Source: Potamilus streckersoni
Lineage: Eukaryota
Assembly (NCBI GenBank): GCA_016746295.1
Contig: JAEAOA010000900.1
Coordinates: 2,618,807 to 2,682,806 of the forward strand
Reading direction: 5' to 3'
DNA: 64,000 nucleotides
Part shown: positions 13,613 to 26,880 of the stretch, piece after piece
How positions within the stretch are numbered: the stretch's first letter is position 1
Layout: each line of letters starts with the position of its first letter
Translations under genes and position numbers: made by a program
Notes under the pieces: model-generated
Database searches by the model: none
What the model was told of the DNA's origin: nothing
What the model saw: only the letters and a program-made list of their open reading frames with translations

Positions 13613-15975
13613 GTAGGACTAGTCCAACTGCTGAGCTGCACAGACCTAAATCTGTCATCACATAAAGCACCAGTGGTCTATACAGTTAAGTTAATAGTAA
13701 TGAATAGAACAATTAGTAGTAATCAATAGAACATTGACCCTGATTAGCTGATGCATTAGCATATGGTAGATCAGGGTTTATGTAGTTTGTGTTGGAATTT
13801 ACTTGTAAAAGAGTATATATGTTACTATGTGACGACTGGGAAGTTATACCATATTTTTCTGTAGTATAACTTCCAAGTTGCAGGCAGATAAACAATCACA
13901 TAAATTGTTGGTATATTGTAATGAGGACTGAATGAGATGTTATAGGAGACATTACAGTTCATTTTAAAGAGTATGTAAATCACAATTTCAGGACTGCAAG
14001 TTTGATACTTTAGTGCACTTGCTGGGCTTCTCTCCCTACCCTCTAAATTCTTGAATGTTCAGTCACTTAGTTACCAACTCTTAGAATTCTACATGTGACA
14101 CCTTGATGGTTAAAACAATGTTATTTTGCAATAAATCAAAGCAAGAATATTTTTTTAAAGTTAATTGAAAGCTAAACAAATCTTAGGCCCCTTCCAATCT
14201 CCAATCCAACCCACCCACCCTACAACCAGTACCGGATTTATATTCAGGTGTGCTTAAGCCCATCTTGGCCTTAAAGAAATTTACAATAAATTTTTCAAAA
14301 GTCTGTGGCTATTTTTACTACTCCTAAATATTCTGAGTATATACTCTGACAACCTGTGTAGGCCTACTGAGCCTACCTCCTTCAGGCCCAAGTAAAGGAC
14401 CTCATAACTTAATTAGCACAGGGCCTCATTTGTTCTAATTCCAGCACTGCCCACCACCACCATTTTTTAATGATCAGTCCCATAAAGTCACCGACTTAGA
14501 GAAATTTGTGAGCTTATCTTGGAATACCTCATTTAAAAGCTTGATTAAGGTGGTGGGGACTACTGGATTAGTTTAGACTTATTTCATATCACCTTGTTTA
14601 TGATAGTGGGATTAGTTTAGACTTTTTTTAATATCACCTTGTTTATGATATATTTATTGTTCCGTGGTTGAACTTCCCTATGACAAAGTATTTGAAATCA
14701 GTATGGTTTAAAATACAATCATTGTGTGTGTCGTCACATTTAAAGATGGTATGTTACATGTATTCCACAGTATAATATTGTTAATAGGATTTCTACCAAA
14801 AAGTACATTTTTGCAATGACTATCTAAAGTGTAATTTGGTAAAAGTGCAATTAAAAAACAACCAGCTTTCATCATCACTCTCTTGCAATGATTTAATTTT
14901 AACAAATTTGCAACCACCTCAGAAGTTGCTGTTTAACAGTTTTTTTTGTCCAGTTATAAAGTAACACTTTTATTTTAAGAAGCTTCTAGTCTCAAGGCAG
15001 TAAAATGAATGAAATAAATAAAATACATAAATGAAATAAATAAAATACATGAATGAAATAAATAAAATACATGAATGATATACTAAACAGCTTTGAAGTA
15101 CATTTGTACAAGTTGTGACAGTTATTATTTATAAGCTGCTTTTACAAGGAGTAAAGCTGTTACTCATGAGAATTAACATAAATTTATTTGAAATTGTAGT
15201 ATTATGTTTAAGACCAATATACCATGGTTAATGTTCTTTAACATACATGTTGATCCCCACATAAGCCAGTCAGCTGATTTTACTACAATATAACCTACTT
15301 GTGGGTGTGTATGATGTGATCAGCTGATTTTTGTGTAGGGATTTACCTTTGGTTTGGAATTAGTTCAAAAGCCAGTACTGTTGAGGTGTTCCATTATTCC
15401 AGGTTTAATTTGAGACTAGTTTATCATAAAATTGATGAACCATGTGCATGCCTTATCTTGTTTATTAAGAAACAATGATTTGACCAATGTACCTGATGTA
15501 TGGCAATAAATGACCTTTCAGTTTCTTTCAGACCACCAATGTACTAATACATATCTGGAAACTAATTTGTCAGACTTAGAGAGAAATGTAATTACCTCTG
15601 CTTATATACATTTCACTTAAGTCTAATAAATTAGTCACCTGATATGTATTGGTACCTTAGTGGTTTGCTACTACCAAAACTGGTATTGGGGCTTATTGGT
15701 CCCTCTTACTGTTTCCAAATTTTTCAGCTCATATTATGCAAGGTAAACAAAAAGGTAAATTTATATCCTACATGAAGGTTGAGTACAGAAAAACAAGTGT
15801 TCAAGGTCATAGTAAGACTATACAAAATTTACTAAAACAGGGTCAGTGCTGTCTGTGGATCTGGCTATAGTATTTCATCCCAGTTGACTGCAACCTGGAA
15901 TTTCTGGACATGGCAGTCTTATTTTCTTACATCAGAGGTGTGAACATTTTGCTATGGTTAAAGTTTTTCATTATC

Positions 15976-15977
<2 letters not shown>

Positions 15978-16042
<65 letters not shown>
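15978..16042. repeat. (AT)n microsatellite
   Basis: Direct read. Confidence 0.95.
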
Positions 16043-16044
<2 letters not shown>

Positions 16045-18609
16045 CTCACCCCTTTCCTGAATTCTGTTCATAGTTGGGATGTTTTAATATATTCAGAAGA
16101 CAAACTGGTTTGAACTCAAGATCATTTGGTCACATACATAGAAGATTAAGGCAGGATTTGTAAGAGTGAATAGAAGCCAATATAGTGAGGTTGACAGCAT
16201 GGGAACAAACTGCAGGCAACACAATTAGTGCTAAATAGTATGTTTTATGATGTGAAATAAGAATTAAATTTATCTAGAAAGCATAATATTATATTCTGGT
16301 TGGTTGATTGTTGATTTTATGGCACCATCACTGTAAGACCATATACATGTAGTGCCACTGAACAAGTTTATTACCAACAAGCAAAAACAGTACAAAAATA
16401 ACTTGTGAGGGTATTATGTGAAAGTTCCTGATCAGCGATGGATGTAAATGATAGGTATAAAGGCTGATTTTATAATTAAAGATAAATTAGGGTGGTTTAA
16501 AAGTACACTTTGGTTAAAAATATTCTAAGAAAATAGGGTTGCACACTATATATTAGAATAAATTTTAACTTCCTTTAGAAAATTAATTAAAAACAAGACT
16601 GGTTTACTGTATCCAAAAGTACCTTCATGTGCTGAATATTGTAGTGATGATCCTATTGGAGATTGAAACAGTCTATCTTGAAGTACATCACAGAGTAGGT
16701 GGGTCTTGTTCCCTTAATATGTAGGAGTAGGTTATATAAGTATGACTAATTCTTATTCTTGCAAAGATGACACAGTCCCTTTGGATGGTTCTGTAGAAAG
16801 GAGGTCATTTGCCTAAGGTAGGTTTGATCACATGGAGTTTGTTACTGACAGCATCATTCCATGATGCCTGCTATTTAATAAATAAGATGTTTTTAATACC
16901 CAGTTTTTTAATCAGTGAATGATGTTTTACAATCAGATGGTTGTAGTGGTAGGGGTTATTTTAGCAGCACTGTCTGCTCTTTCACTACCAACATGAATAG
17001 TTACCAGCATTATACTGTATTGCGAGAAGGTACACAGCTTGATATGCTGGATTAGAATGTTGGTCGATAGTTAGTTTTTTAACTTCCTATTGGGATTGGA
17101 TTTTAATTTTATGCCATAGTGTTAAGATAACATTTCTGTACAGTTTGATAGAGGTAGCTCATTTGCTTCAGCCCAAAGGCTTTCACATGGAGATGTCCTT
17201 AATGCTCCCAGAATGAATCTGTTGCTTGATGTTGAGATGGATCAAGCATCTTTAAATACAAAATTCTGGCAGAACCATAAACAATGTAATAAAGGTTCAA
17301 TATAGGTAAAGAACAACTTTTCTGTTTGTACTCAAGTCAGTGTGTAATACTACTGTGAGGAACTCAAGCATTTTCAAGCATTTAGCTTTGAGTTTGCATT
17401 CTATCTAGCTTGAATTTCACATCATTTCAATGTTTTAATAACTGACAGAAACGCATGCATGCTATTTTTGATTTTGAGAATTTGATACCATTAACAGTGG
17501 CCCAGTTTTGAATCTTGTTAATATTTAATTACAATTGTCTTTCAATTGTATGCATGTGTTTTGGTTGAAAGCAATAGAAAATCATCAACATATTGGGAGC
17601 AATCCTTGCCAGGAGCCAACATTTTACTAATATTATTAATTTATGTTAAAAAGCATAGTTGATAAAATACTCTCCTGGGGCACACCTATTTCTTGCTTCT
17701 ACATATTTATCATATATATGACAGAATAAACTTGATGTGATCTCCAGAATGTAATAAACATTTAAATCATCAGTTTTTGTCCCAAGATGTGATCCCTGTA
17801 GGTTTTTAACTTTTTTCTAAAGAATGTAATAGGGTTGACAGTTTTTAATAACATTCCAGTTTTATACCATATCTCTTGATGTTGCATTTTTGGAACTATA
17901 TGTAGGGTTACCATATTTGAACTTTTAAAATGAGGACACTCCGGAGAGTTGGTGTATCTGTATCATTATCTGTGTAGAAATGTGAGGACAGAAAAGGCCC
18001 AACATGTCCTGGAGAAAAGAGGACATCTGGCAACCTACTTATATAAGAAGACAGGGTCAATGCAAGTTTGTACAATACATAACAGTACCCAAGGCAAGCA
18101 TTTTTTTGGACACCCCCCTTGGAAAAACACTGCAACTGTTTTTTTTGTTACAATGTGTTATAGGTGAAGAGAATAATAACTAAATGTAGGTATTTTAATG
18201 AAAAAGATGTAGATATAGGTAAAATACAAAAAAAGAACATGATTTATGAAATGGTGCATCCCCAGTCTCAGGCTTGGCACCACTAGTGGTCACCCATATT
18301 GTGTGAAGATGTCTTAATAAATATTGTTTAAACATAACTATATTCATCATTTGTTACAGTAACCACCAAAAATTGGTACCTTAAAAATATAGTGAATTTA
18401 CTTTTAAAATTCAAACAGTGAAAAGCTTTTAATTCACTGTATTAAATTCAAATGGTGAAAAATAATGATTTAAGTGTGTATGAAATTCAAACAATGAAAA
18501 TGTTATTTCATTGTATGAAATTCAAACAATGAAAAGCTGATTCAGGTGTTGTATTTATATTCAGATAGTATCATAAATAATGTAAATTTTTTAACGTTTT
18601 TTTTAACAG

Positions 18610-19032
18610 AGTTCACCAAACCAGTCTGTTTTTGTGCAGTTCGAGCTTCATCCAAACCCATCAATTTGTATCACATTTACACTACAGACAACATAATCTG
18701 CTTGTATGCTGCATATTCATCAACCATGAGTAACTGCCAAGAGCTGCCACCAGCAACCAGTGGTTCCAGTGTTCCTACACCCACAGAGTTGTTAAGCAAG
18801 ATGCCAACACAACCTTCGGCTGAATTTACTAGCCAACCTTTCCCAAGTTTGAAACTTTCTTTGTCAATACCAAAGAGTCTGTTGGAATCTGCTCCTGATG
18901 TACAGAATGACAACAAAGATGCAGGCATGGCCATTCCACAGTCCATGATAGAAATGCCACATCCATTCAGTAACTGGAAGAGAAACTGTTATACTTTGTA
19001 TGAGGTAGATGAAAAGGTCTCTTCTCCAAAGG
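18610..19032 (+). CDS. Internal exon of a plus-strand gene encoding a Ser/Pro-rich protein of unknown function
   Basis: An open frame of about 140 codons, unusually long for this AT-rich window. Acceptor ttttttttaacag|; donor G|GTGAGT at 19033 in phase 1. Low-complexity S/P/T-rich translation with no recognised domain. Confidence 0.45.
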
Positions 19033-19189
19033 GTGAGTTGTCAAAATAAAATTGATCTTTATAATCTGCTATAAGGAGAGTATTGTGCTGTGATATCCAT
19101 CTGTCCATTTGTCCATTTTGGTTTTTGTGCAGTAACTTTGTTTTAGATCATGGATCTTAACCAGAATATGTGAGTGACTTGTATTTGGG

Positions 19190-19500
19190 GTAAATAGGAT
19201 GCCTGTAGATTTTGATGTCAAAGGTCAAGGCCACAGATTGAAGAAAAAACATGTGCACAAATATCTTTAATTGTAGACTTTATGATTTGCTGTTAGAATT
19301 TGGAAAAATTCAGTTGAGTTTGTGGTAAGAGGTCAAAGCTCAAGGTCATAATGACTTAAAGAAGAAAAACTGTTTCTGCACATTAACTTGTGCCCACTTA
19401 AGGAAATGTTTGGGATTGCATGGAGTAAGAACGGCTGGTTAGCCTATCGAGTTTGGGGTCAAGGTCAGTGCAACTAAAAAGAGAATCAGCACAATTTTTT
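19190..19500. repeat. Three degenerate ~110 bp tandem sub-repeats carrying GGTCAAGG(T/C)CA ... AAAGAAGAAAAAC.TGT.TGCACA
   Basis: The motif blocks recur at roughly 19206, 19330 and 19452. Perfect TCAAGGTCA 9-mers sit at about 19336 and 19458. Confidence 0.6.
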
Positions 19501-20440
19501 TAATTTATACCTTCACAAAACATTTTTGTTTAGTTTACACATGACAGGATTTCTTGTGACCTATCTTTTTGGGTTTAATCAGATGGAATCTATATTTGAC
19601 CTGAAATGGACCCATGTGCATTCCACGCCCTATGTATCAGTTTGATTTTCATAACTTTTTCATTGAGCATCAAAATACTATAATCAGTACCATATAATAA
19701 CTTTTAACCAGTCTTTTTTTTTTTGAATCTATGCACATTGCATGACCTACTTATCAGTTAGCATTGTTGACATGAAACATTGCAAGTCAAATGGATTGTT
19801 GGATATTTGATGATGATATCAGTTTTGCTCTATGCATTTAAGAAGACGATTGTTTTCTTTAACACTAATTGATAAATGTTGGGTAGAAATTAAAAGGGCT
19901 AGAATAATGTAAATAACATTTACTTGTTTTGAGGATGCTATTATCAGACCTGCCACCCCTTATGACTGTGTCATAAGTTTTTTGAAATTGACCCTTACAA
20001 TGCAAACTTTTATGAAATAAAAAAAAAACTTTGGATCCAGGTTTCATATTAGCTTTAGTAAAATTAGTGAACAAGACTAACATTGCAGTAGTACCTCAGA
20101 TACTTTAAACTATTTTTCATACAAAGCATCTGTATGATTAGACTTGATTCTTAAAAAACATTTAAAATTGCATCAAGTTATCGATACATGTTAAAGATGA
20201 TAGAAAAAAATAAGCCCTTAAAAAATGTTTAATAATCAGTGAAGGTAAATTGTTCTAAATTAAGGCAGGAAGAGACACAACAATGTTTATTGGCCATTAT
20301 ATGTTGATTCTAGTTTGTCTCATGGTGGGAAATATTAAAGTTTGAAATATTTATTTTCCAACCTGACATTTGCAGTACTTGATATTGTCTTGTTCCTTAC
20401 TGAAAACTTTTAAAACTTATGGAAAAAACTTAAAGTGTGT

Positions 20441-20750
20441 GTGTTATTTGGATTTTTAACGTAGCTTTAACAATTTTTCAGATATATTGCTGTGATGTCT
20501 GCATTGTGACAGTTTATAGTGATGTCTAGCACTGGGGCATCATTCCGCAGACATGTGGCATGATGTCCCACCCAGTCACATCCAGACACTAGGTCAGCCA
20601 GTCCTAACACTAACCTCATAATGCTGAGTGCCAAGCGAGGCAACTGTTAGTACCATTTTTTTAAGTCTTTGTTATGAGTCAGCTGAAGTTCAAACCTACA
20701 ACCTCCCACATCCGTGGCCAACACTCTAACCACTAGGCCACCAGAGCAGT
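20441..20750 (-). mobile_element. tRNA-derived SINE, copy 3 (full length), flanked by ~85 bp imperfect direct repeats
   Basis: Reverse-complement head GGCCTAGTGGTTAGAGTGTTGGCCACGGATGTGGGAGGTTGTAGGTTTGAAC, with A box TAGTGGTTAGAG and B box GGTTTGAAC. (CA)n tail at the left end. Confidence 0.8.
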
Positions 20751-22253
20751 TAAAAAATCATGTCCCACCTGACATTTGCAGTACTTGATATGTTGTATCT
20801 TACTGAAAACTTTTTAAACGTATGGAAAAATTTAAAGTGCCTTACTGGGACAATTTTGTTGGTAGCAACCTTAAAAATTAGGGAACAGAAAAATTGAAGT
20901 TTGCAAGCCAAGTGTGGTTATCTGTAACTGCCACATTCTAATACTAATACAGTGAGGACATTCTCTATTCTTCACAAAATACAAAGTGGTTCAAGGGGAA
21001 ATATAGATCAGAAAACTCTTTAAGTGCAAAGCTAATAAGCTAAGTGAACCAAACCATGATCTTGTAAAGAAAACTAAAAATGCTATTGGATTTTACATAT
21101 TTTAAAAAAATCTTTGCAGTGAAGTGTAATATAAGATTTTCATTAATTGACAATATACTGGTTCATATTAATTAGTATTGTTACATTTTTTTTTATTAGT
21201 ATCTGAATTGGATTCATGTTAAAAATTTACTGTTTTATTAAAGTACATTTATGAAGAGCATACATATGGCAGAAAAAGACTTGTTTTCAGTACCATTAAA
21301 TGTGTAAAATTTATGCTGAAGATATGTACTATTTTAGAAACCAGTCTATTCAAAATTTGCCAATGTACTGTATGGAAGTCCTGGTTCCACAACATATATT
21401 TACATATCATGTTTCACTTTACTGACAAATTGGTTATTATATTCTAACAGTGCAGTTAACAATTAGGGTATATCTTGAAAATTTGTGTTTATATGTATAC
21501 TAAAATAACTTGTTGCAATTTAAAATTGCTTGTGAAAATGTGATGGATTTAATTTGATTGGATATAGGTTGGTGTGAAGTCATGTAGTTTTGATACAGAG
21601 CATGTCCTAGAATCAGTGAAAGTCCAAAAGTGTATGGTAGGCCTTGTAGAACATCAGTTTTGTGAAGATATAAAGTATGTGCCATTTGGGTTTGAGATAA
21701 ATATTAAGGTCACAGTTGTTATGGGTACTCAGCTTAGTCCAGGCACATGTTTGATAGTTCTCAAAGCATGTATTTTTGAGGAAGACTTCCATTCATGGTC
21801 CACTTTTCTATTTACATTCTTCTTACATATTTTGAATTTTTCTTTGTATTCTTTTACTGTTAACATTTTAATTTTGTTTGGTATTTATCAGTATTGGTGT
21901 TGAAAATGTAGAGATTTGCTGATATTCAGTCACAATTGGATGGTGTGTGTGTGTGTCCAAAAAATGGGTGAAATAACCTGAAGAAATGTTGGCATACAAA
22001 TATTTTATTTCCATTTTCTCCATTCTCTTATTACCATAAAAATACATGTATACAGGCAATGCTTTTTGTAATTTATTGCTGTTGGTGGACTTCCATCCAA
22101 CATTGTGAATGCAAGCACACTGATATTGTTTAGTATTATTTAGTACTGCCTTAATGTAGTTGAGGTTGGACAATATGTGTATTGTACATGTGTGGAAATA
22201 TTTTTATTTGCATATTAAGATTGCTTATTTTTTATAGTAGGTAGATGTATTTT

Positions 22254-23127
22254 CTTGATTAAGTCTATAAGTGCATGCCATTTTAGCCAACCTGGTGTAT
22301 TAAATAGGGTTATGCATATGTGCAGCTAGGCATGAAATCAGTAACAAAGAATATGTTTAACATTTAAGCAATGTAAACACCATGACAGACAATTGGCACC
22401 ATGCATGGAAAACAATCCCAATTAAGGTTTAATGTCAGTAGCAGTTAATCTGTTACTGTTGTTGAGCTTACTCTTTCCATAATGTAAAAGCCTCATCTTT
22501 ACTTGATGTGCCATCTTCTAGTTCTAGAAACTCATAGAACACATGCATTGACCATATCTGTTTGGCATTAGTAATGTCTGTTTGTCACTGACCATGTCTG
22601 TCTGGCATTGACCATGTCTGTCTGGCCAATGTAATTGGCATGCATGCAATAGCTGTCCATATTTTTGTCAGGTGCCATCTTGAGTCACACATGGAAAAAT
22701 TTGCTTTAAGAAAAAATAATGGTTTCGCTTTATAATGGGGCTTGATATTCATTATCTTTAAAAAAGAGTTTCTCCTCAGTCTGTTATCAGTGGAATATTT
22801 GGTAAATTCCACTGATACTTTAATTAGTGCATTTCAAACAAGCTATGAGTTTCTAGAACTAGAAGAAGGCACATCAAGCAAAGATGAGGCTTTTATATTA
22901 TGGAAAGAGTAAGCTCAACAACAGTGACAGATTAATTGCTACTGACATTAAACCATAATTTGGATTGTTTTCCATGCATGGTGCCAATTATCTTCATGGT
23001 GTTTAAATTGATTAAATGTTAAACATATTCTTTGTTACTGATTTCAAGCCTAGTTGCACATATGCATAACCCTATTTAATACACCAGGTAGCCTTAAATG
23101 GCATGCACTTATAGACTCAATCAAGAC
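22254..23127. repeat. Large inverted repeat: arms 22254-22547 and 22843-23127 (~290 bp, ~93% identical) around a 295 bp spacer; a long-hairpin or foldback structure in an intron of the plus-strand gene
   Basis: I aligned the reverse complement of the right arm to the left arm by hand: CTTGATTAAGTCTATAAGTGCATGCCATTT...CTAGAAACTCATAG matches with few mismatches. The spacer contains 3 copies of GACCATGTCTGTCTGGC and a small inner palindrome. Confidence 0.8.
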
Positions 23128-24587
23128 CTATAGAATCAATCAAGACATATAGTAGTGATAGGTTAGGGAATGCATATGTAAGAATTTGTTCATTTACTAA
23201 TTGCTCATCACAAATTATCCATTCAGTGTGTTTATATAATTGCTTAAATTTTCTTCAGGTGTTCAGATATTATTATTATTGTTATGAATGCAGTTAGCAT
23301 TAGCAAAAGCAATTAATCTCCTTACAATACTTAGAGACTTAATGCTCCTCCAATTTGTAATTAATATTTTGCATTAATATAACTCATTGCAGTGATGTAA
23401 ATGATTCATTAGCAAAATAGGAAAACACTGACATTTCTATTTTCATCAAAGGAAAGAATAAGTAATAAGAACAGCAATGAGGCTGATGCAGTCATTTTTA
23501 TTTGTTATGCTTCATCAGTTGCTCTGTATCATACAGAAGTTTCTTGTTTAAGAAATTTTATTTAAAGATGTCTCAAAGTGTGGGTAAGAGTGGGGGCACA
23601 AGAATGCCTCATGGGACATCAAAGTTAGAAAAAACATATTTTTTTTTATTCTTAGCCAGTTTTCATGGTCTGTATACAAAAAAGTTTCACATGGTATAAA
23701 ATACATTTTAAATAGGAACAAGATACACACCCTTAAGGTAGCACTTAACAGTTTTGAATGATTCTCCATGAGCTAAATTTTTTATATTAGACATATAAAT
23801 AAGTTACTCCACAGCACAATTGTCATTAGCAAAGGTGTCTTGAATGTGCACCTGGTTTTGGTAGGATAATCAGTTTTGATTGGAAAAACTTTTATACAAA
23901 CAGATTTAACTGGTGTTGAGATTAAGATCTTGGTTCCATTTCACCTTGTGCAGGTAAATAGATCACACTGCTTACCAAATCATGTGGCATGATGACCTGT
24001 TGACCTGCAACAATCATTTATTATTTGACTTGTTAACCTCCAACAATCATTTATTATTTGGAAAAGAAATATGGTTCAGTTTCAGTGATACATTGATCAA
24101 AATTGATTTTTACTAATCTAAAAAATGTCAAATTAACAACTTGCATAAATTTTACTACTGTAGACAATGTTAATATTTTTATTTTAAATTTGTGTAGTAA
24201 TAACTTAATACATTTTTTTCAGTAAATAATGGAAATCAGCTTGTTTATGTTGATAAATTCACACAAAAAATGTTAATGTATTTAGTATATAGCCATCATT
24301 AATTTTAACTGGATTTTGTTAATTGTATTAGAGGTAAATGAATGAAAAATATATCACAAAAGTGTAAGTAGCTTCTGTTTGGAAGTGTACTGTTGTATGT
24401 ACTAACTTTGAAGTTCTAATCAGTTCATTAGATGGAATTTTGATCAATAATGTATTTTGATGTAAACATGTAAACACATGTCTAATATAATGGAAGATAA
24501 ATATCTGAAACCATTTTTTTTGTATTTCATATTTCTTTATTATTAATTTCAGTTTTCATCCCTCACACCTTCTTCAGCTCTATGACT

Positions 24588-25058
24588 GAAAGTAAAATGT
24601 CGGTAAAGTGCTTGAAAGTAAAATGTCAGTAAAGTGCTTGAAAGTAAAATGTCGGTAAAGTGTTTGAAAGTAAAATGTTGGTAAAATGCTTGAAAGTAAA
24701 ATGTTGGTAAAGTGCTTGAAAGTAAAATGTCAGTAAAGTGCTTGAAAGTAAAATGTCAGTAAAGTGCTTGAAAGTAAAATGTCAGTAAAGTGCTTGAAAG
24801 TAAAATGTCAGTAAAGTGCTTGAAAGTAAAATGTCGGTAAAGTGCTTGAAAGTAAAATGTCAGTAAAGTGCTTGAAAGTAAAATGTCGGTAAAGTGCTTG
24901 AAAGTAAAGTTTTGGTAAAGTGCTTGAAAGTAAAATGTCGGTAAAGTGCTTGAAAGTAAAATGTCGGTAAGTGCTTGAAAGTAAAATGTTGGTAAAGTGC
25001 TTGAAAGTAAAATGTCAGTAAAGTGCTTGAAAGTAAAATGTCGGTAAAGTGCTTGAAA
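24588..25058. repeat. Minisatellite, 26 bp unit GTAAAATGTCGGTAAAGTGCTTGAAA x ~18
   Basis: Head-to-tail copies with occasional C/T, G/A and TT/TC variants. It lies about 280 bp upstream of the acceptor of the plus-strand gene's terminal exon. The read-through ORF 24756-25064 is an artefact. Confidence 0.9.
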
Positions 25059-25333
25059 GATCAAGCTGATGAAGCATTTTTTTCTAACAATCCATTATTA
25101 ATGTTTAAATTTTGTTAAACTTTGAAATGATGATTTTGGATCTATAACATTATTGTTGTTTTTTTTGCAGGATCAACACAAAAAAAACCTTGGGAAAAAC
25201 TTGTCAAGATGATTGGAATAATTTTCTGACATATAACCAAATACATGTATTTATTTTCTTGCTAGTTTGGATGATAAAATGTCTTGATATATTTTAAAAG
25301 ATGCAGTATACATTTTTTAATGATTATTTTCAG

Positions 25334-26061
25334 TTATGACAGCAACTATGGAGGCAGCATCAGGAATTAACTACACAGATCCAGCAACGGTACATCCCTA
25401 TCAAGCTTTAACATTTTCTTCATTCAATTGGAAGTACCATGGGTACAGAAACTTTTCCTCAGAGGTAAAGAAAAGACATACATGTTCAGAGAACCAAACA
25501 ACCAAAATCAACGAGTTTATTTCCAAGACTCAAGGACAAATGACTTGCAAAGAAACGAATGCCTCATTTGCCAGTATCTCTGTAGAAAGTGATCTCGGAG
25601 CCAGAAGGGCACAAAGCAGTACTGATCTGAGAAATCTTGAAGTTGAGAGTACTTCATTTGGAAACAAGAGAAACCTCAGTGCATCTGATTTAAAGGTTTT
25701 GATGGGCAGTATTTTTAGTGTCAGCTCCAATGCAAGTGGTGATAAATCAAAATCTGTGCCAGCTTCCCCAATATCTTCACCAAAAAGCCAGCGAAAGGCT
25801 TTGGCAGTTCTGGGAGAGAGGCTTGAAAAAGGAAAGCATTGTCTTGATCTCCAGACGGCTGGCACTCTCTCTCCAAGCCAGTTTGGCAATACTGACCACT
25901 GCAAGGAGGAAAATAATACACCTATCGATGGTAACAAGACTGGTTTAAAGAAAAACACCCCTCCTACAAACATGATGTCATCAATTGTGGACTGGGCAAC
26001 TAAAAAGAAAGTCACCATGTCCAATTCTGAAATCAACATTTTTGCCCCACCATCCTCTTGA
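25334..26061 (+). CDS. Terminal coding exon of the same plus-strand Ser-rich gene (ends at TGA 26059-26061)
   Basis: Acceptor gattattttcag|TT in phase 1, which pairs with the phase-1 donor at 19032 (G+TT gives Val). Open frame of 241 codons, Ser/Lys/Thr-rich. The antisense ORF 25530-26039 is judged spurious. Confidence 0.5.
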
Positions 26062-26567
26062 GGTTTTTGTTTATTATTTGGTATTTCCTAGGTGATACTA
26101 TACTGCTACACTGCAGCCTAAATACGAAACCATGGCTGTAGTGGTTTAGCATAGTGCAATAGTTGTATCACATTTGACCAAGACATACAGTAGAACCTTG
26201 TTTTCCAAACTTCATGTTTTAGGCTTGTGCAATTGATTGATATGAATGTTAAAAACTTTTGTCGAGACAAGTTTTTGGTAATCAATACTTTAGCAAGATT
26301 TTGGAAGAAAATTCTCATTTACATTAAATTTAGAACTAGTTTGCTGGACCTCAATCCTTGGTGGCTCTAGATGATAAAAATAATCAATAATTGACAGTTG
26401 AAGAGTTGTGGTTCTTTTCTGTTTGAACCTATTGCCGATTTGTTGTAAACTTACAGAGAAGATACGTCATAATGGTGGATACTTAAAGTTAATTCTGACA
26501 AATAGTCTAATGCTCATACCACATATACTCGTGTATGAGTCAAGTTCAACAACAAACTGTACAGGAC

Positions 26568-26880
26568 TGCTCTGGTGACCTAGTGGTTGGAGTGTCTGCC
26601 TCAGATGTGGATGGTTATGTGTTGGAACCTCGGCTGAGTCATACCAAAGACTTATAAAAATGGTACTAACAGCTGCCTTGCAAGGTGCTGAGCATTAAGA
26701 GGTTAGTGTTAGGACTGGTCATCATGGTGTCAGGATAATGCGACTTGGTGGGACATGAGGCTAAATGTCTGCGGCATGATGCCCCAGTGCTAGACATCAC
26801 TATAAACTGTTACACTGCAGTCATCATAGTGATATGACATAAAAATTGTTTAAGCTACATTAAAAATACAAATCACACAC
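26568..26880 (+). mobile_element. tRNA-derived SINE, copy 4 (full length, plus orientation)
   Basis: Begins with the tRNA-like GGTGACCTAGTGGTTGGAGTGTCTGCCTCAGATGTGGATGG...GTTGGAACC and ends ...TTAAAAATACAAATCACACAC. It lies about 500 bp downstream of the plus-strand gene's stop codon. Confidence 0.8.

Noticed and set aside
24588-25058. Regular 26 bp direct repeats that look superficially like a CRISPR array
   Set aside because: The repeats are contiguous with no unique spacers. The context is eukaryotic, with spliced exons, microsatellites, SINEs and LINEs. It is a minisatellite.
25530-26039. 169-aa ORF antisense to the plus-strand terminal exon
   Set aside because: It is a mirror ORF of a real coding exon. 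The plus-strand frame has acceptor and phase support and the antisense frame has none.
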